Assembly: GCA_965208105.1 (NCBI GenBank)
Contig: OZ242318.1
Span: forward strand, 3,744,001-3,808,000
DNA length: 64,000 nt
Direction: 5' to 3'
Source of the DNA: Candidatus Latescibacterota bacterium
Lineage (GTDB): Bacteria > Latescibacterota > UBA2968 > UBA8231
The translations under genes were made by a program, and so were the position numbers. The notes below the pieces were generated by a model. That model saw nothing but the letters and a program-made list of their open reading frames with translations, searched no databases and was not told the origin of the DNA. How positions within the stretch are numbered: position 1 is the first letter of the stretch; every line of letters starts with the position of its first letter. This document shows positions 21,056 through 31,114 of the stretch, in pieces.

Positions 21056-21520
21056 ATGACGAGATTGAAGGAGATGGTACCATTGCTGGCGGCTGCCGTC
21101 CTCTGCGGCGGTCTGCTGGCCGAGGAGGCCGCCGCCCGCGGCAAGCGCGTGGCCCAGGTCCCCAACGGCTCCGCCTTCAGTTGCAACACCTGCCACACCA
21201 GGGGTGGCGGTTCGCCGCTCAACCCCTTCGGCATCGAGATCGCCGCCAACTTCCTCACTACCGCCGGGGCCGCCGGCGACGTGCGCTGGGGTCCGGAGCT
21301 GGCGGCCCTGGACTCGGACGGCGACGGGGCGTCGAACGGCGCCGAGTTGGGCGATCCGCAGGGTGCCTGGGCGGCCGGCGACTCCGGTTCGGAGGGGGAA
21401 GACCAGGCCATGGTATTCAACCCCGGGGACCAGGCCAGCACTCCTCCTGCCCCGGTTCAGGAGACCACAGTCGTGAGCACGGCCTGGGCCCGGATCAAGC
21501 GCATGGTAGGCGCCGAATGA
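21056..21520 (+). CDS. Secreted small protein with CxxCH motif and temptin-like domain
   Basis: Signal peptide; SCNTCH; NPFG...WGPELAALDSDGDGASNGAELGDP; RBS AAGGAAGG. Confidence 0.72.
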   Translation: MTRLKEMVPLLAAAVLCGGLLAEEAAARGKRVAQVPNGSAFSCNTCHTRGGGSPLNPFGIEIAANFLTTAGAAGDVRWGPELAALDSDGDGASNGAELGDPQGAWAAGDSGSEGEDQAMVFNPGDQASTPPAPVQETTVVSTAWARIKRMVGAE

Positions 21521-21616
21521 TGGACGCCCCTCAGGGAAGACCCTGAACCTTTCTCTGCGGCCAGAATCCGGCCGCTTCACCGGTTGACTGCACCGACCAG
21601 GGCGGGAATGGCTGCC

Positions 21617-23287
21617 TCATCTCGCCCCGCGCCGGCGCAACATGTCCGCCACCTCTCCGTGCCCCCGGCGCTGAGCCCAGGCCAGCGGCCGCGCCCAGTC
21701 CTCGCCGGCCCCGTTTGGGTCGGCTCTGTTCTCCAGAAGCAGCTCGACGAGCCGCGGCCGGCCGGCGCGCGCCGCCATGCCCAGCGGCGTCGAGCGGTCC
21801 GCCTCCTCGACGGCGTTGATATCCGCACCGTGTTCGAGAAACATGCTCAGCAGCTCCCCGGCCTCAGCCAGGTCACGGTGGTCAACGCAGACGTCGTGCA
21901 GCGGGGTGCGCCGATGCCAGTCGGGCAGGTTCGGATCGAGTCCGTGCTCCAGCAACTGCCGGGTCATGTGAGGCACGTTGTAGAGATACCCCTTGCACTC
22001 GGTGAGCACCTCGGGCATGGGGAACCGGCGCCGCAGCAGCATGCTCAGAATGGCCTCGTGGGCAACGGTGCTTTCCTTTCTGCGCAGCTTGCGATTGCAG
22101 CCGCTGACGACCGCGGTGTAAGGCGTCGTCAGGAACTCGGACTTCTCGGCCGAGAACGGATCTTCACAGTAGTTCAGGATCACCGCCAGGGTCTGGAGGT
22201 CGCCGCGCTGGGCGAAGTCCCAGGCCGTCACCGGTCGGCCTCCGTGACCGTAGAGCAATCCCCGCATCGCATCGGAGGAGGCCTGGATCGCCGGCGTCCC
22301 CGACGAGTCGACGCCTCCGTTGGGGTCCGCCCCTGCTTCCAGCAGCCAGCGCGCCATTTCCACGTCGTCCTTCACCGCGGCCGCCATCAGGGCGAAGCCG
22401 TGGGGGCACTGGCGTCCTTCGGGCAGGATCGGATCGGCGCCGCGGTCGAGAAGGTAGCGCACCATCTCCCGGTGACCCCGCTCCGCGGCGGCCGAAAGCG
22501 GCCGCTTCTGCAACCCTTCCCCTTCATTGGCCGCGGCCGGGTCCGCTTCGACGAATGCGCGCAATGCGCCGTGGTCGCCGCGCGCCGCCGCCAGGGCCGG
22601 GCTGTCGGCGGCTCCCGCGTCGAGCAGCATCTGCAACAGCGCTGCGCCGCCCTCGTCAGAGCCCCAGTACTGGTTCTTCCAGAAGGCGTAGTGGGCGGCG
22701 CGAAAGCCGCGGTGATCCACCGCGTCCACGTCGATCCCGTCCGCCAGCAGCATAGCCACCGTGTCGCCGTCGCCGCCGAGTGCCGCCAGGTGCAGGGCGG
22801 TCCTCCCCTGCCTGTCGCGGTGCTCGGCTATTCCCGGGACCGCGGCCAGCAGCTGCGCGACCTCGCCGCGGTCCCGGGCTTCCACCGCCCGGAGCAGACG
22901 CAGGTCGGAACTTTCTGCCGCCGGGCCCAGGGAAGCGCGCAGATAGGCGGCGATTCCGTCGTGTCCGCGGTCGTCAGCCATCTGGATGAGGTCGGAGACC
23001 TCGTCGAACGGGTAGGCTTCCCACAGCACCCGGGTTGCATCAAGGCTGCCCTCGCGGACCGCGAAGTTGAGCGGCGGCGTATACCAGAACTCGAGGCGGG
23101 GGCAGTCCGGGTCTTTTTTCAGGAGGTCGCCGATGGTCTGCGCGTCGTTGCGGATGGCGGCGCAGACAAGGTCCCAGTAGAGGCGGCCCTTTTCAGTATC
23201 GACGCACCACCTGGGGCGGTGGATGGCGTCGATCTTCTCCTTCGCGCTGCGGCTTCTGGAATCGGATCCTGGAGAATTCATCGTCAT
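21617..23287 (-). CDS. Ankyrin-repeat protein
   Basis: Multiple repeats: GRTALHLAA, RPLSAAAERGH, RTPLHDVC, STPLGMAARAGR. Confidence 0.85.
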   Translation of the reverse strand: MTMNSPGSDSRSRSAKEKIDAIHRPRWCVDTEKGRLYWDLVCAAIRNDAQTIGDLLKKDPDCPRLEFWYTPPLNFAVREGSLDATRVLWEAYPFDEVSDLIQMADDRGHDGIAAYLRASLGPAAESSDLRLLRAVEARDRGEVAQLLAAVPGIAEHRDRQGRTALHLAALGGDGDTVAMLLADGIDVDAVDHRGFRAAHYAFWKNQYWGSDEGGAALLQMLLDAGAADSPALAAARGDHGALRAFVEADPAAANEGEGLQKRPLSAAAERGHREMVRYLLDRGADPILPEGRQCPHGFALMAAAVKDDVEMARWLLEAGADPNGGVDSSGTPAIQASSDAMRGLLYGHGGRPVTAWDFAQRGDLQTLAVILNYCEDPFSAEKSEFLTTPYTAVVSGCNRKLRRKESTVAHEAILSMLLRRRFPMPEVLTECKGYLYNVPHMTRQLLEHGLDPNLPDWHRRTPLHDVCVDHRDLAEAGELLSMFLEHGADINAVEEADRSTPLGMAARAGRPRLVELLLENRADPNGAGEDWARPLAWAQRRGHGEVADMLRRRGAR

Positions 23288-23562
23288 ACCCTCTGAGAAA
23301 ATCGCTCTCAACACAACCCGGTGCTGCCGGAATGGTGCTTCAATGAACGACCTTTTTCCGGGTCCTGCAAGCTCGCGGACCCCAATGGGCATGCGCGCCG
23401 CCGGGCAGGTGCCGGGAGAGAGGTGGCGATTGCCACTGTTCAGGGGGATAGGTACCTTGGAGCCGGAAGTATCGACCGGTGAATTTTGTCTGAGACAATG
23501 GTTAGGATGAACGCTGATATCTACCATGCGGTTTCGCCAGATTGACAAGAAGGAGTACAGCT

Positions 23563-24381
23563 ATGGAATCTTCGAAGATTGCCTTTGTGAGGGACCGGGA
23601 TGGGCTCTTCGATATCTTTTTGATGAATCCGGACGGAACAAATCAGACCAACATTACACGCACCCCGGAATGGGATAAGGACCATCCGCATTGGTCTCCC
23701 GACGGCACGCGCATCGCCTACTGTGACCGGCGCCATGGCAAAGGGGAAATTTACGTGATCAACGCCGATGGGAGCGAACCCAGGAGGCTGACCCACAACT
23801 CAGCCCCCGACCTTCGTTCTCACTGGTCGCCGGACGGACGGACGATTGTCTTTTGCACGGACCGTCACGACAACGTCGAGATCTATGCCATGAACAGCGA
23901 CGGTTCCAACCAGAGAAACCTGACCAATCATCCGGCGTATGATTTGGAATCGACCTTTTCGCCTGATGGCTCCAGGATTGCCTTCACTACGGACCGCGAC
24001 GGCCCGTCGCAAATCTACGTGATGAATCCCGATGGCAGCGGGCAAAAGCGGTTGCACGTTTCTCAGGGCAACGATCAGGACCCTGACTGGTCACCGGACG
24101 GCAGGTGGATTGCCTTCAACTCGGACCGAGATGGCAATAGATCGCAGCTCTACGTCATGAAAGCGGATGGGTCGGGTCCCAGGCGCCTCACCAACGTCGA
24201 GGGCGGCGGCATTGGGGAACCCTCATGGTCACCAGATGGCTCGGCGATCAGCTTTACGGGCGACTGGGAAGGCCGCCAGCAAATCTACCGTATTGATATC
24301 GACGGCGAGAACCTGATCAATCTCTCAAATAGCTCGACGAATGATTTTGCCGGTGATTGGGGACCAGCGATCAAAGCCTGA
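23563..24381 (+). CDS. TolB-like PD40 beta-propeller protein
   Basis: Repeated WSPDG..IAF..DRDG..IYVMN.DGS units; RBS AAGGAG. Confidence 0.88.
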   Translation: MESSKIAFVRDRDGLFDIFLMNPDGTNQTNITRTPEWDKDHPHWSPDGTRIAYCDRRHGKGEIYVINADGSEPRRLTHNSAPDLRSHWSPDGRTIVFCTDRHDNVEIYAMNSDGSNQRNLTNHPAYDLESTFSPDGSRIAFTTDRDGPSQIYVMNPDGSGQKRLHVSQGNDQDPDWSPDGRWIAFNSDRDGNRSQLYVMKADGSGPRRLTNVEGGGIGEPSWSPDGSAISFTGDWEGRQQIYRIDIDGENLINLSNSSTNDFAGDWGPAIKA

Positions 24382-24384
24382 ACC

Positions 24385-25158
24385 ATGCAAATGAACAAAC
24401 GGATCGCCGTTGCGGTTGTGGTGCTGTCGCTCCTTCGTGCCAGCCAGGCGGAGGAAGCAGCGTCGACTTCCGCGATCACCAAGGAGACGTTCTGGCAGGA
24501 GACCAGGGCACTCGTGCCGATCCAGGTTGTCCTCCCTCCTGACTACGATGCGGAAGAGCACCGAACCATGGTGATGGTGCTGCATGGTTACGCCAACTCC
24601 GTGGAAAAATTCCAGGGGCCGGCCGAGCGGTTGGCCGCTGCCGGATTCGTGGCGGTCCTGCCCGAGTCGCCGTATGCGTTCGCCTCGGAGTGGGGGCTCG
24701 GTTACGACTGGACCCTCTATAACAGGGGTGACGCCGCCTTGCATGAAAGAGCCAGGCGATTGATGGTTACTGAGACTCTGCCGGCTATCGCAAGCGAGGT
24801 AATGCGGCGCTACGGGATCGCTGATGTGTACGTACTTGGATTCTCCCAGGGCGCCCGCATGGCAGTGCAAAGCTGCATATACGCCAGCGAGTTGTTCAAA
24901 GGGGCGATCACCTTCGGATTGTCGGAATACCAGCCTGCATGGTTCGACCAATCCGCCCTGGAATCTGCCCGCCGTATTCCTATTCTGCTCTTTCACGGAG
25001 AGCAGGACGAGTGGGCATCAGTCGACATTTCAAAGCGAGCCCGCGATCATCTTGCCGCCGAGGGGTTCCAGGTGAGCCTTCGCCTCTTCCCTGGTGGGCA
25101 CGCAGTACCAGGCGACCAGTTGGATTATGTTGCACAGTGGACCCGCGACAATGAGTGA
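24385..25158 (+). CDS. Secreted phospholipase/carboxylesterase-type alpha/beta hydrolase
   Basis: Signal peptide, LHGY, GFSQG, HGEQD, GGH. Confidence 0.85.
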   Translation: MQMNKRIAVAVVVLSLLRASQAEEAASTSAITKETFWQETRALVPIQVVLPPDYDAEEHRTMVMVLHGYANSVEKFQGPAERLAAAGFVAVLPESPYAFASEWGLGYDWTLYNRGDAALHERARRLMVTETLPAIASEVMRRYGIADVYVLGFSQGARMAVQSCIYASELFKGAITFGLSEYQPAWFDQSALESARRIPILLFHGEQDEWASVDISKRARDHLAAEGFQVSLRLFPGGHAVPGDQLDYVAQWTRDNE

Positions 25159-25594
25159 TAGGCGATTTCGCATCCGGCAGGCAGAAACGTCTGAAATCCA
25201 GGAAAAGTGCGGGAATTTGGTCCCCGAGATCCCGCTGACGCACAAATTTCGAGCCAGAATCTCGGACAGGTCGGTCACAAATTTTGTCGCCGAGATGGAG
25301 AGCAAGGTCATTGCCTTCGTTGTCGGTTATGGTGAGGAGAGCGGCTGCTTCTATATCTATCTTTTCGGTGTCGAACCAAACTACAGAAACCAGGGCGTGG
25401 GGCAGGGTCTGCTCAGGCACGTCGAGCGGTGGGCAGAAAAAAGCGAATACAATGGCATGGCTGTTCAATCGAGAAATAAATTCCCCGACATGCTGCGTCT
25501 ATTGATCAGGAATAAATATAAGATCGTGGCATTCTTTAACCGCGGGCACTGCGATACCAGCCCGATCCGCTTCGAGAAGAAATGGTGTTCGTGA
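25151..25594 (+). CDS. GNAT N-acetyltransferase
   Basis: GVEPNYRNQGVGQGLL acetyl-CoA-binding motif. Confidence 0.82.
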   Translation: MSDRRFRIRQAETSEIQEKCGNLVPEIPLTHKFRARISDRSVTNFVAEMESKVIAFVVGYGEESGCFYIYLFGVEPNYRNQGVGQGLLRHVERWAEKSEYNGMAVQSRNKFPDMLRLLIRNKYKIVAFFNRGHCDTSPIRFEKKWCS

Positions 25595-25720
25595 GCACAT
25601 GGACTTCTTCACCAAACACAGCGGCGTTGCGTCTGGACGGAATGACAAGCAGGTCTTCGGGAACCTCTTGGGATTCGAGACCTGAGACAATGGAATAGTA
25701 TCGTCAGTACATCAAATGCG

Positions 25721-26500
25721 ATGAATCAGGATTTAAAGCGCTACGACCGATTTGGTTGGGACTATGAGCATTTCAATCCTCTTGCCGAGGAGGAGGTGAA
25801 TTGGCATGTCAGGTTCGCACGTAAAACCGGTGGACCAGTACTTGGCTTGGCTTGCGGGACGGCGCGGCTGCTTATGGAAATTGCGCGGGACGGTTTCACT
25901 GTGGATGGTATTGACTTGTCAGAGGGCATGTTGGAATTGGCAACCCGGAAGATCGAGAAGCTGCCAGCCGGAATCGACGCGCTGATCCAACTGCACTGCA
26001 TGGACATGGCCGACTTTCAGCTTCCCCGAGCTTACGGTCTGATTTTGATTGCTGACAACTCATTCAGGGAACTCAGGACTGAACGAGAACGACGATCTTG
26101 TCTGGGGTGCGTGGAGAGACATCTCCGATCGGACGGAATACTTCTGGTAACCGAACGTCGATTTGATCCTGACAGATTTGGGGTTGAATCGACGGGTGAC
26201 TCCTGGTCTGAATCCATTCCTCATCCGCTGATGGACGCACAGGTTCAGCGTAAGGTGAAGGCGGAACTATCAGAGGACGGGGACTGGATACGGGGTTCGA
26301 TGATCTACAGGATAATTAGCGCTGACGAAACTGAGACCATTGAAGATTGTTTCTTTACCGCGCCCGTGATGCACTACAATGAATATTTCTCGCTGTTTGC
26401 AGAGGTGGGTTTCTCGGTTAAATCCTATGTAGATTACCAGGAACGGGAAGAGGATGGAAGAAGTCCGATTCTCTGCTTTGTGTGCGAAAAGGCTGGATGA
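25721..26500 (+). CDS. Class I SAM-dependent methyltransferase
   Basis: VLGLACGTARL, GIDLSEGML, DMADF. Confidence 0.85.
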   Translation: MNQDLKRYDRFGWDYEHFNPLAEEEVNWHVRFARKTGGPVLGLACGTARLLMEIARDGFTVDGIDLSEGMLELATRKIEKLPAGIDALIQLHCMDMADFQLPRAYGLILIADNSFRELRTERERRSCLGCVERHLRSDGILLVTERRFDPDRFGVESTGDSWSESIPHPLMDAQVQRKVKAELSEDGDWIRGSMIYRIISADETETIEDCFFTAPVMHYNEYFSLFAEVGFSVKSYVDYQEREEDGRSPILCFVCEKAG

Positions 26501-26621
26501 GGGAGACCGGATAGACACATATGAAACGCCTGAAAGTTAGCAGTCTGTTAATGTTGACCGAAATCGACCGGGTTCCCTGCTTGCTCATCCTTTTTGATAA
26601 ACTTGGTGTTTGAGTCTGAAT

Positions 26622-27419
26622 ATGAACCGCATGCATGAAGCCAACCGCCGGCTGTGGAATGATCGGGCCGATATCTGGGAAGAACGAAGCAATCGAGAAG
26701 ATCGGTGGCATCGGTGCCACAAAGATCCTGATCTGGCCTTCGAAGGTGGCGCTCTTCAACTGATTCAGGAAGTTTCCGGGGGGATTAGCGACAAGAAGGT
26801 GTGTGTGATCGGCAGCGGCGACAACATGGCGGCGTTCGCCCTTGCAGGGATGGGTGCCCAGGTTACGTCGACGGACATCTCGGAAGAGCGTTTAGCCACG
26901 GCATAGCGCAGAGCCGAGCAGCTAGGTTTGTCCATTGCATTCCTTCGATCGGATGCTGCCTGCCAGGAATCGCTGGCCGATTCGAGCTTCGACCTCGTAT
27001 GCTCGACCAACGGCTTTTTTGTGTGGGTCGCCGACCTCGAAGCGGTTTTCGGTGAAGTCGCGCGAATTCTCCAACCAGGTGGCTCTTACGTGTATTTCGA
27101 TGTCCACCCCTTTCAGCGTCCCTGGAAGGACCGGGCGATGCCGGTTGAAATGGAAAAGCCATACTGGTCCATAGGGCCATTTCAGTCGCAAAATTGTGAC
27201 TCTTATGAATTCAACTGGACCTTGGCCGACCTCTTGAACCCAATGGCTGCGGCGGGCCTCATGTTGGTCAAGCTCTTGGAGAGTCCGGCTCGCGACACGC
27301 GGTATTGGCAGGGGTCTTCTCCTTGCGACGCCGTTGACGAAATCTCATTGGAGTGGACCGAAAATCCCCGGGCAGGACTCCCCGTATGGCTTGCGGTAGC
27401 GGCGCGCAAGGTAGTTTAG
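26622..27419 (+). pseudogene. Class I SAM methyltransferase interrupted by in-frame TAG (26904-26906)
   Basis: ORFs 26610-26906 and 26928-27419 share a frame; the sequence reads VIGSGDN...DISEERLATA*RRAEQLG...SFDLV. Confidence 0.8.
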
Positions 27420-27560
27420 GGGAGAAATTGAAGCCTCATGGATTCCACTCGTGAACCGGAGGAAATCATTTTTGACCGGATGGCCGAGCGTAATGGAATG
27501 GTATCGTGAGACCTTAGCCGCCATGCAAGTCAGAATCAGAGACGGAGAATACAGCTTCTT

Positions 27561-28073
27561 GTGTCCAGAGTATTCAGAAATGCCCATTCCGATGATGTGA
27601 GGGGTATCGCCGAAGTCCATGTTCGTTCCTGGCAGGCTGCTTATCGAGGACAGGTCCCTGATTCGTATCTCGAAGGGCTGTCGGTTGCGAAACGGGAGTT
27701 GATGTGGACTGAAATTCTAAAGGATCAGGTGCGTGGTGTTCTGGTAGCAGAAGATGAGGCGAAAATCGTTGGATTTTCGAGCTTTGGCCCAGTCCGGGAT
27801 AAAGAAGAAATCAGACCTCTGACTGGAGAGATTTATTCGATCTACGTACTGGAAGCATTCTGGAATCTCCGGATCGGCAGAACACTGATGAAAGACTCTT
27901 TGACAGCTCTGGAGAGAGATGGCTTTAGCTCTGTAAAAGTCTGGGTCCTGGAAACCAATCAAAGAGCTATATCCTTCTACGAGAAATTTGGATTCAAGAC
28001 CGATGGTTTGAGAAAAACTGAAAAGCGAGAAGATTTCGAACTGCGAGAGATTCGGTACGGCATGTTCCTTTGA
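27561..28073 (+). CDS. GNAT N-acetyltransferase
   Basis: IAEVHVRSWQAAYRG, GEIYSIYV, WVLETNQRAISFYEKFGF. Confidence 0.88.
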   Translation: MSRVFRNAHSDDVRGIAEVHVRSWQAAYRGQVPDSYLEGLSVAKRELMWTEILKDQVRGVLVAEDEAKIVGFSSFGPVRDKEEIRPLTGEIYSIYVLEAFWNLRIGRTLMKDSLTALERDGFSSVKVWVLETNQRAISFYEKFGFKTDGLRKTEKREDFELREIRYGMFL

Positions 28074-28207
28074 AGAAATCTGACGCCGACGCCGCACCAC
28101 GTGGCGTCTTTATGATAGAAAGAGCACGGCGGGACACTGGCTCTCTGGGCTACGGGTTAGCGCATTTGAAACGTTATCGGCAACGGCAATGAGAGGACTT
28201 TGTCGAG

Positions 28208-28549
28208 ATGATGTTCAGGATTCGAAGATATCAGGTCGTTCCAGGCAAGACAAAGGCGTTCAACGACTTCTTCCTGACGAGACTGTTCCCCGTTCAGAAA
28301 AGGTACGGAGCCCGTCTCGTCGGCAGGTTCCAAACAGAGGATGGCCTCCAGATCATCGCGGTATGGGCTTACCAGAGTTTCGACCAATACAAAGAGGTGC
28401 AGAGCTTGGCCGCCGAGGATGCCGATTCGATTGCGGCTCGAGAGTATCGACGAAAGGAGTTGGATCCTCTCTTCACGGAGACGGATGAGTCCTTTATGAA
28501 TTCGACGGTACCAATGGCATTGACGGAACTCTCTCACTTGGATGCGTAA
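28208..28549 (+). CDS. NIPSNAP-family protein
   Basis: RIRRYQVVPGK...YGARLVGRF...AVWAYQS; RBS GAGAGGA. Confidence 0.75.
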   Translation: MMFRIRRYQVVPGKTKAFNDFFLTRLFPVQKRYGARLVGRFQTEDGLQIIAVWAYQSFDQYKEVQSLAAEDADSIAAREYRRKELDPLFTETDESFMNSTVPMALTELSHLDA

Positions 28550-28752
28550 GTGCAAGAACTGGCTTCAACTCCCAAAGTATGCGATGACCTGCAGAATTGG
28601 GGCAGCTCAGGTCTCGGGTGAGGCGAGTTTGCCGCAGACCGAGGCCGTCAACGCGTCAGTCCCGAATTCAAATTGGAATCGGCAGATAGAGCTCTCCCGG
28701 CATCCATCAAATGGATCAAGCAAATGGCTTCTGACGGATCGATGGTGAATTG

Positions 28753-29247
28753 ATGAATAAATCTCCCGTGCAAAAGGCTTATGCAGTAATCATCAGGTCT
28801 GATCATGATGAGGGATGCAAATTGCTGGTCCTCGAGCTCAAATCCGTAGAGTACGAATTCTATCGTCTTCCCGGGGGAAATGTCGAGGCAGATGAAACGC
28901 CTCTTCAAGCGGCGTATCGTGAAACCCATGAAGAGTCTGGGATCAAGAATCTTCAATTTATCCGCAAGATAGGTACGACCAGGTACTTCAAACCGTTCAT
29001 CCAGTCGGAAGTAGAAAGGACGGATTACCTTTTTGAAGGTGATTCAGGTTTACCTGACAAATGGGAGTGGATTGGAACGGTGGGTTCCGAGGCCGGTGCC
29101 GTTTTCGCTTTTTCCTGGATCTCCCCCAGTTCAATAGCGAGGGTGGATCCGGAACTGCGGACCTTTTTGACGCCGGACCACATTCCGGAGTTGTTCGGCG
29201 GTCATACGGATGGTGCGGAGCATGGACTATTCGTCAAAGGAGGGTAG
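28753..29247 (+). CDS. NUDIX hydrolase
   Basis: PGGNVEADETPLQAAYRETHEESG Nudix box. Confidence 0.88.
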   Translation: MNKSPVQKAYAVIIRSDHDEGCKLLVLELKSVEYEFYRLPGGNVEADETPLQAAYRETHEESGIKNLQFIRKIGTTRYFKPFIQSEVERTDYLFEGDSGLPDKWEWIGTVGSEAGAVFAFSWISPSSIARVDPELRTFLTPDHIPELFGGHTDGAEHGLFVKGG

Positions 29248-29992
29248 CAGCTATTTCGCGGCAATCGCGGATTCCTATGATCGGCTCCAGCCCGTCCTGA
29301 GTCCTCCCTACAGCAAGGGTCTGGAGATGATTGTGGAGCTGATCCCCTTTGATCCGGACGATGCGTTCGAGTTCGTGGAGCTCGGCTGCGGCACGGCGGA
29401 ACCGACGGCGAGAGTTCTGGATCGTTTCCGAAATGCCACCGGGACCTGCGTTGACAGCGAGCCGGAGATGCTGTCCCTGGCCAGGAAGAAACTCGGACCT
29501 CATTCAGACCGAGCCGAAGTTTTGGAAGCGGACATGGCCGGTTGTGACATCCGCGAGTGCGACCTGGTTCTATCGGCAAAGGCCGTTCATCACCTTTCTC
29601 CGTCCTGCCTGCCCGGGCTCTTTGCCCGGATCGCTGGCGCGCTCCGGCCCGGCGGAGGCTTCATCCTGTACGACGCGATGGCCATCGGACCCTCCTCGGG
29701 ACCAGGCAGCCGGTCGCTGTCATCGCGCTTTCGCAGGCTTCATCTCCAACGGGCAGTTGCCTCGGGAATGGCAACGCAGGAGGAGATCGATGCCAGGCAG
29801 GAGTACAAGGGAAGGATGAAGGCCGCAGGGAAGGATGTCGAATACGAACACAGGACGGAAGACCTGATCGGCGCCATGGCTCAAGCCGGATTTGACGAGG
29901 TTGCGGTGGTCTGGCGCATGTTCGCCGACACGATCCTGCTGGCATTCACACCGGAGGCAGAAGCTTCAGCTGCCGACGGCCGGTGTTGTTGA
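29222..29992 (+). CDS. Class I SAM-dependent methyltransferase
   Basis: VELGCGTA, VDSEPEML, LRPGGGF. Confidence 0.85.
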   Translation: MDYSSKEGSSYFAAIADSYDRLQPVLSPPYSKGLEMIVELIPFDPDDAFEFVELGCGTAEPTARVLDRFRNATGTCVDSEPEMLSLARKKLGPHSDRAEVLEADMAGCDIRECDLVLSAKAVHHLSPSCLPGLFARIAGALRPGGGFILYDAMAIGPSSGPGSRSLSSRFRRLHLQRAVASGMATQEEIDARQEYKGRMKAAGKDVEYEHRTEDLIGAMAQAGFDEVAVVWRMFADTILLAFTPEAEASAADGRCC

Positions 29993-30078
29993 CCTGTCCA
30001 CCAGCCTGAGGTGTTCAAGGCTTATCCCACCTACCTATCAGTTTTCGAGAACCGACGAAACGCAAGGCAGATCTATCG

Positions 30079-31035
30079 ATGAAGGCTGTTTCTATTTCTC
30101 AGGCGCTGGAGACAGGTGATTTGGCCTCGGTACGGCGCGCCCCGAAGGCCGACAGCCACTGCCATTGTTACTTCGCTACCCGGATCGAGAACGTCGAGCG
30201 CTGGCTGGGGCACTCGCTGGAAAGACCGGCTACTCCCATGCGGGGGCTGCGGGGAATGCTGAGCTACTCCTCCAGGGCCCTGGATCCCTACATCAACTCC
30301 CTGGCCGGGTTTAAATTCACCGCGGAGTCCGCTGTGGCCGATGCAGTCGAAGATGGTATCCGGCGGCTGGAGATGAGCTTCGATGTGCGCGCGACCGGCC
30401 ATTTCGAAACGGGGTTTGCCGGTTTCACTTCCTTCATCCGGCAATTGGTGGAAAGCCATCGCGGCCGCATTGATCTGAGGCCGGAGCTGGGAATCGCACG
30501 AGAAAGCCTCGGCAGCGCGGAAATCGAAAACAGCGTCCGCGAGGGGATCGACTCCGGCCTGTTCAGGTCGATCGACATCTACGGTGAGGAAGACGCCTGT
30601 CCTCTCGAGATGGTACGTGGGCTTTACGCGCGGGCTCGATTATCCGGGATGAAGCTGAAGGCACACGTGGGAGAATTTGAAGGAGCGGAACGGATCCGGG
30701 AAACGGCTGAAGTGCTAGAACTGGATGAAATACAACACGGAATTGCGGCCGCCGAATCCGCCGAGGTCATGGAGTGGTTGGCAGAAAACAGGATCCGGCT
30801 GCATATCTGCCCTTCGAGCAACGTTATGCTGGGCGCAACCCCCAGTTTAGCGGACCATCCCATTCGCGAATTGTTCGACTGCGGTGTTGAGGTGACGGTA
30901 AATACGGACGATCTTATGATCTTCGGGCAGAGTGTCTCCCAGGAATACATGAACCTGTTCAGGGCGGGGGTTTTCAGCGCCGACGAGCTCGAGAGTATAC
31001 GAGCCGCATCGCTCGGAGAATCGCGTCCTGATTGA
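30079..31035 (+). CDS. Adenosine-deaminase-family protein
   Basis: PKADSHCH, KAHVGE, QHGI, ICPSSN, NTDD. Confidence 0.87.
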   Translation: MKAVSISQALETGDLASVRRAPKADSHCHCYFATRIENVERWLGHSLERPATPMRGLRGMLSYSSRALDPYINSLAGFKFTAESAVADAVEDGIRRLEMSFDVRATGHFETGFAGFTSFIRQLVESHRGRIDLRPELGIARESLGSAEIENSVREGIDSGLFRSIDIYGEEDACPLEMVRGLYARARLSGMKLKAHVGEFEGAERIRETAEVLELDEIQHGIAAAESAEVMEWLAENRIRLHICPSSNVMLGATPSLADHPIRELFDCGVEVTVNTDDLMIFGQSVSQEYMNLFRAGVFSADELESIRAASLGESRPD

Positions 31036-31114
31036 TCCTTTGCAGCTTCTCCAAAAAGCCGATTGACGCCGAGTTGTCTTCAGGAGAATTACCGCGTTGC
31101 GGTCGAATGATGAA

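Noticed and set aside
20894-21580. N-terminal extension of the Rieske ORF
   Set aside because: Antisense to the temptin-like gene; an RBS supports TTG 20893.
26904-26906. In-frame TAG as possible pyrrolysine or amber recoding
   Set aside because: TAG terminates many intact genes here and no pyl genes are in the window; a nonsense mutation or sequencing error is simpler.
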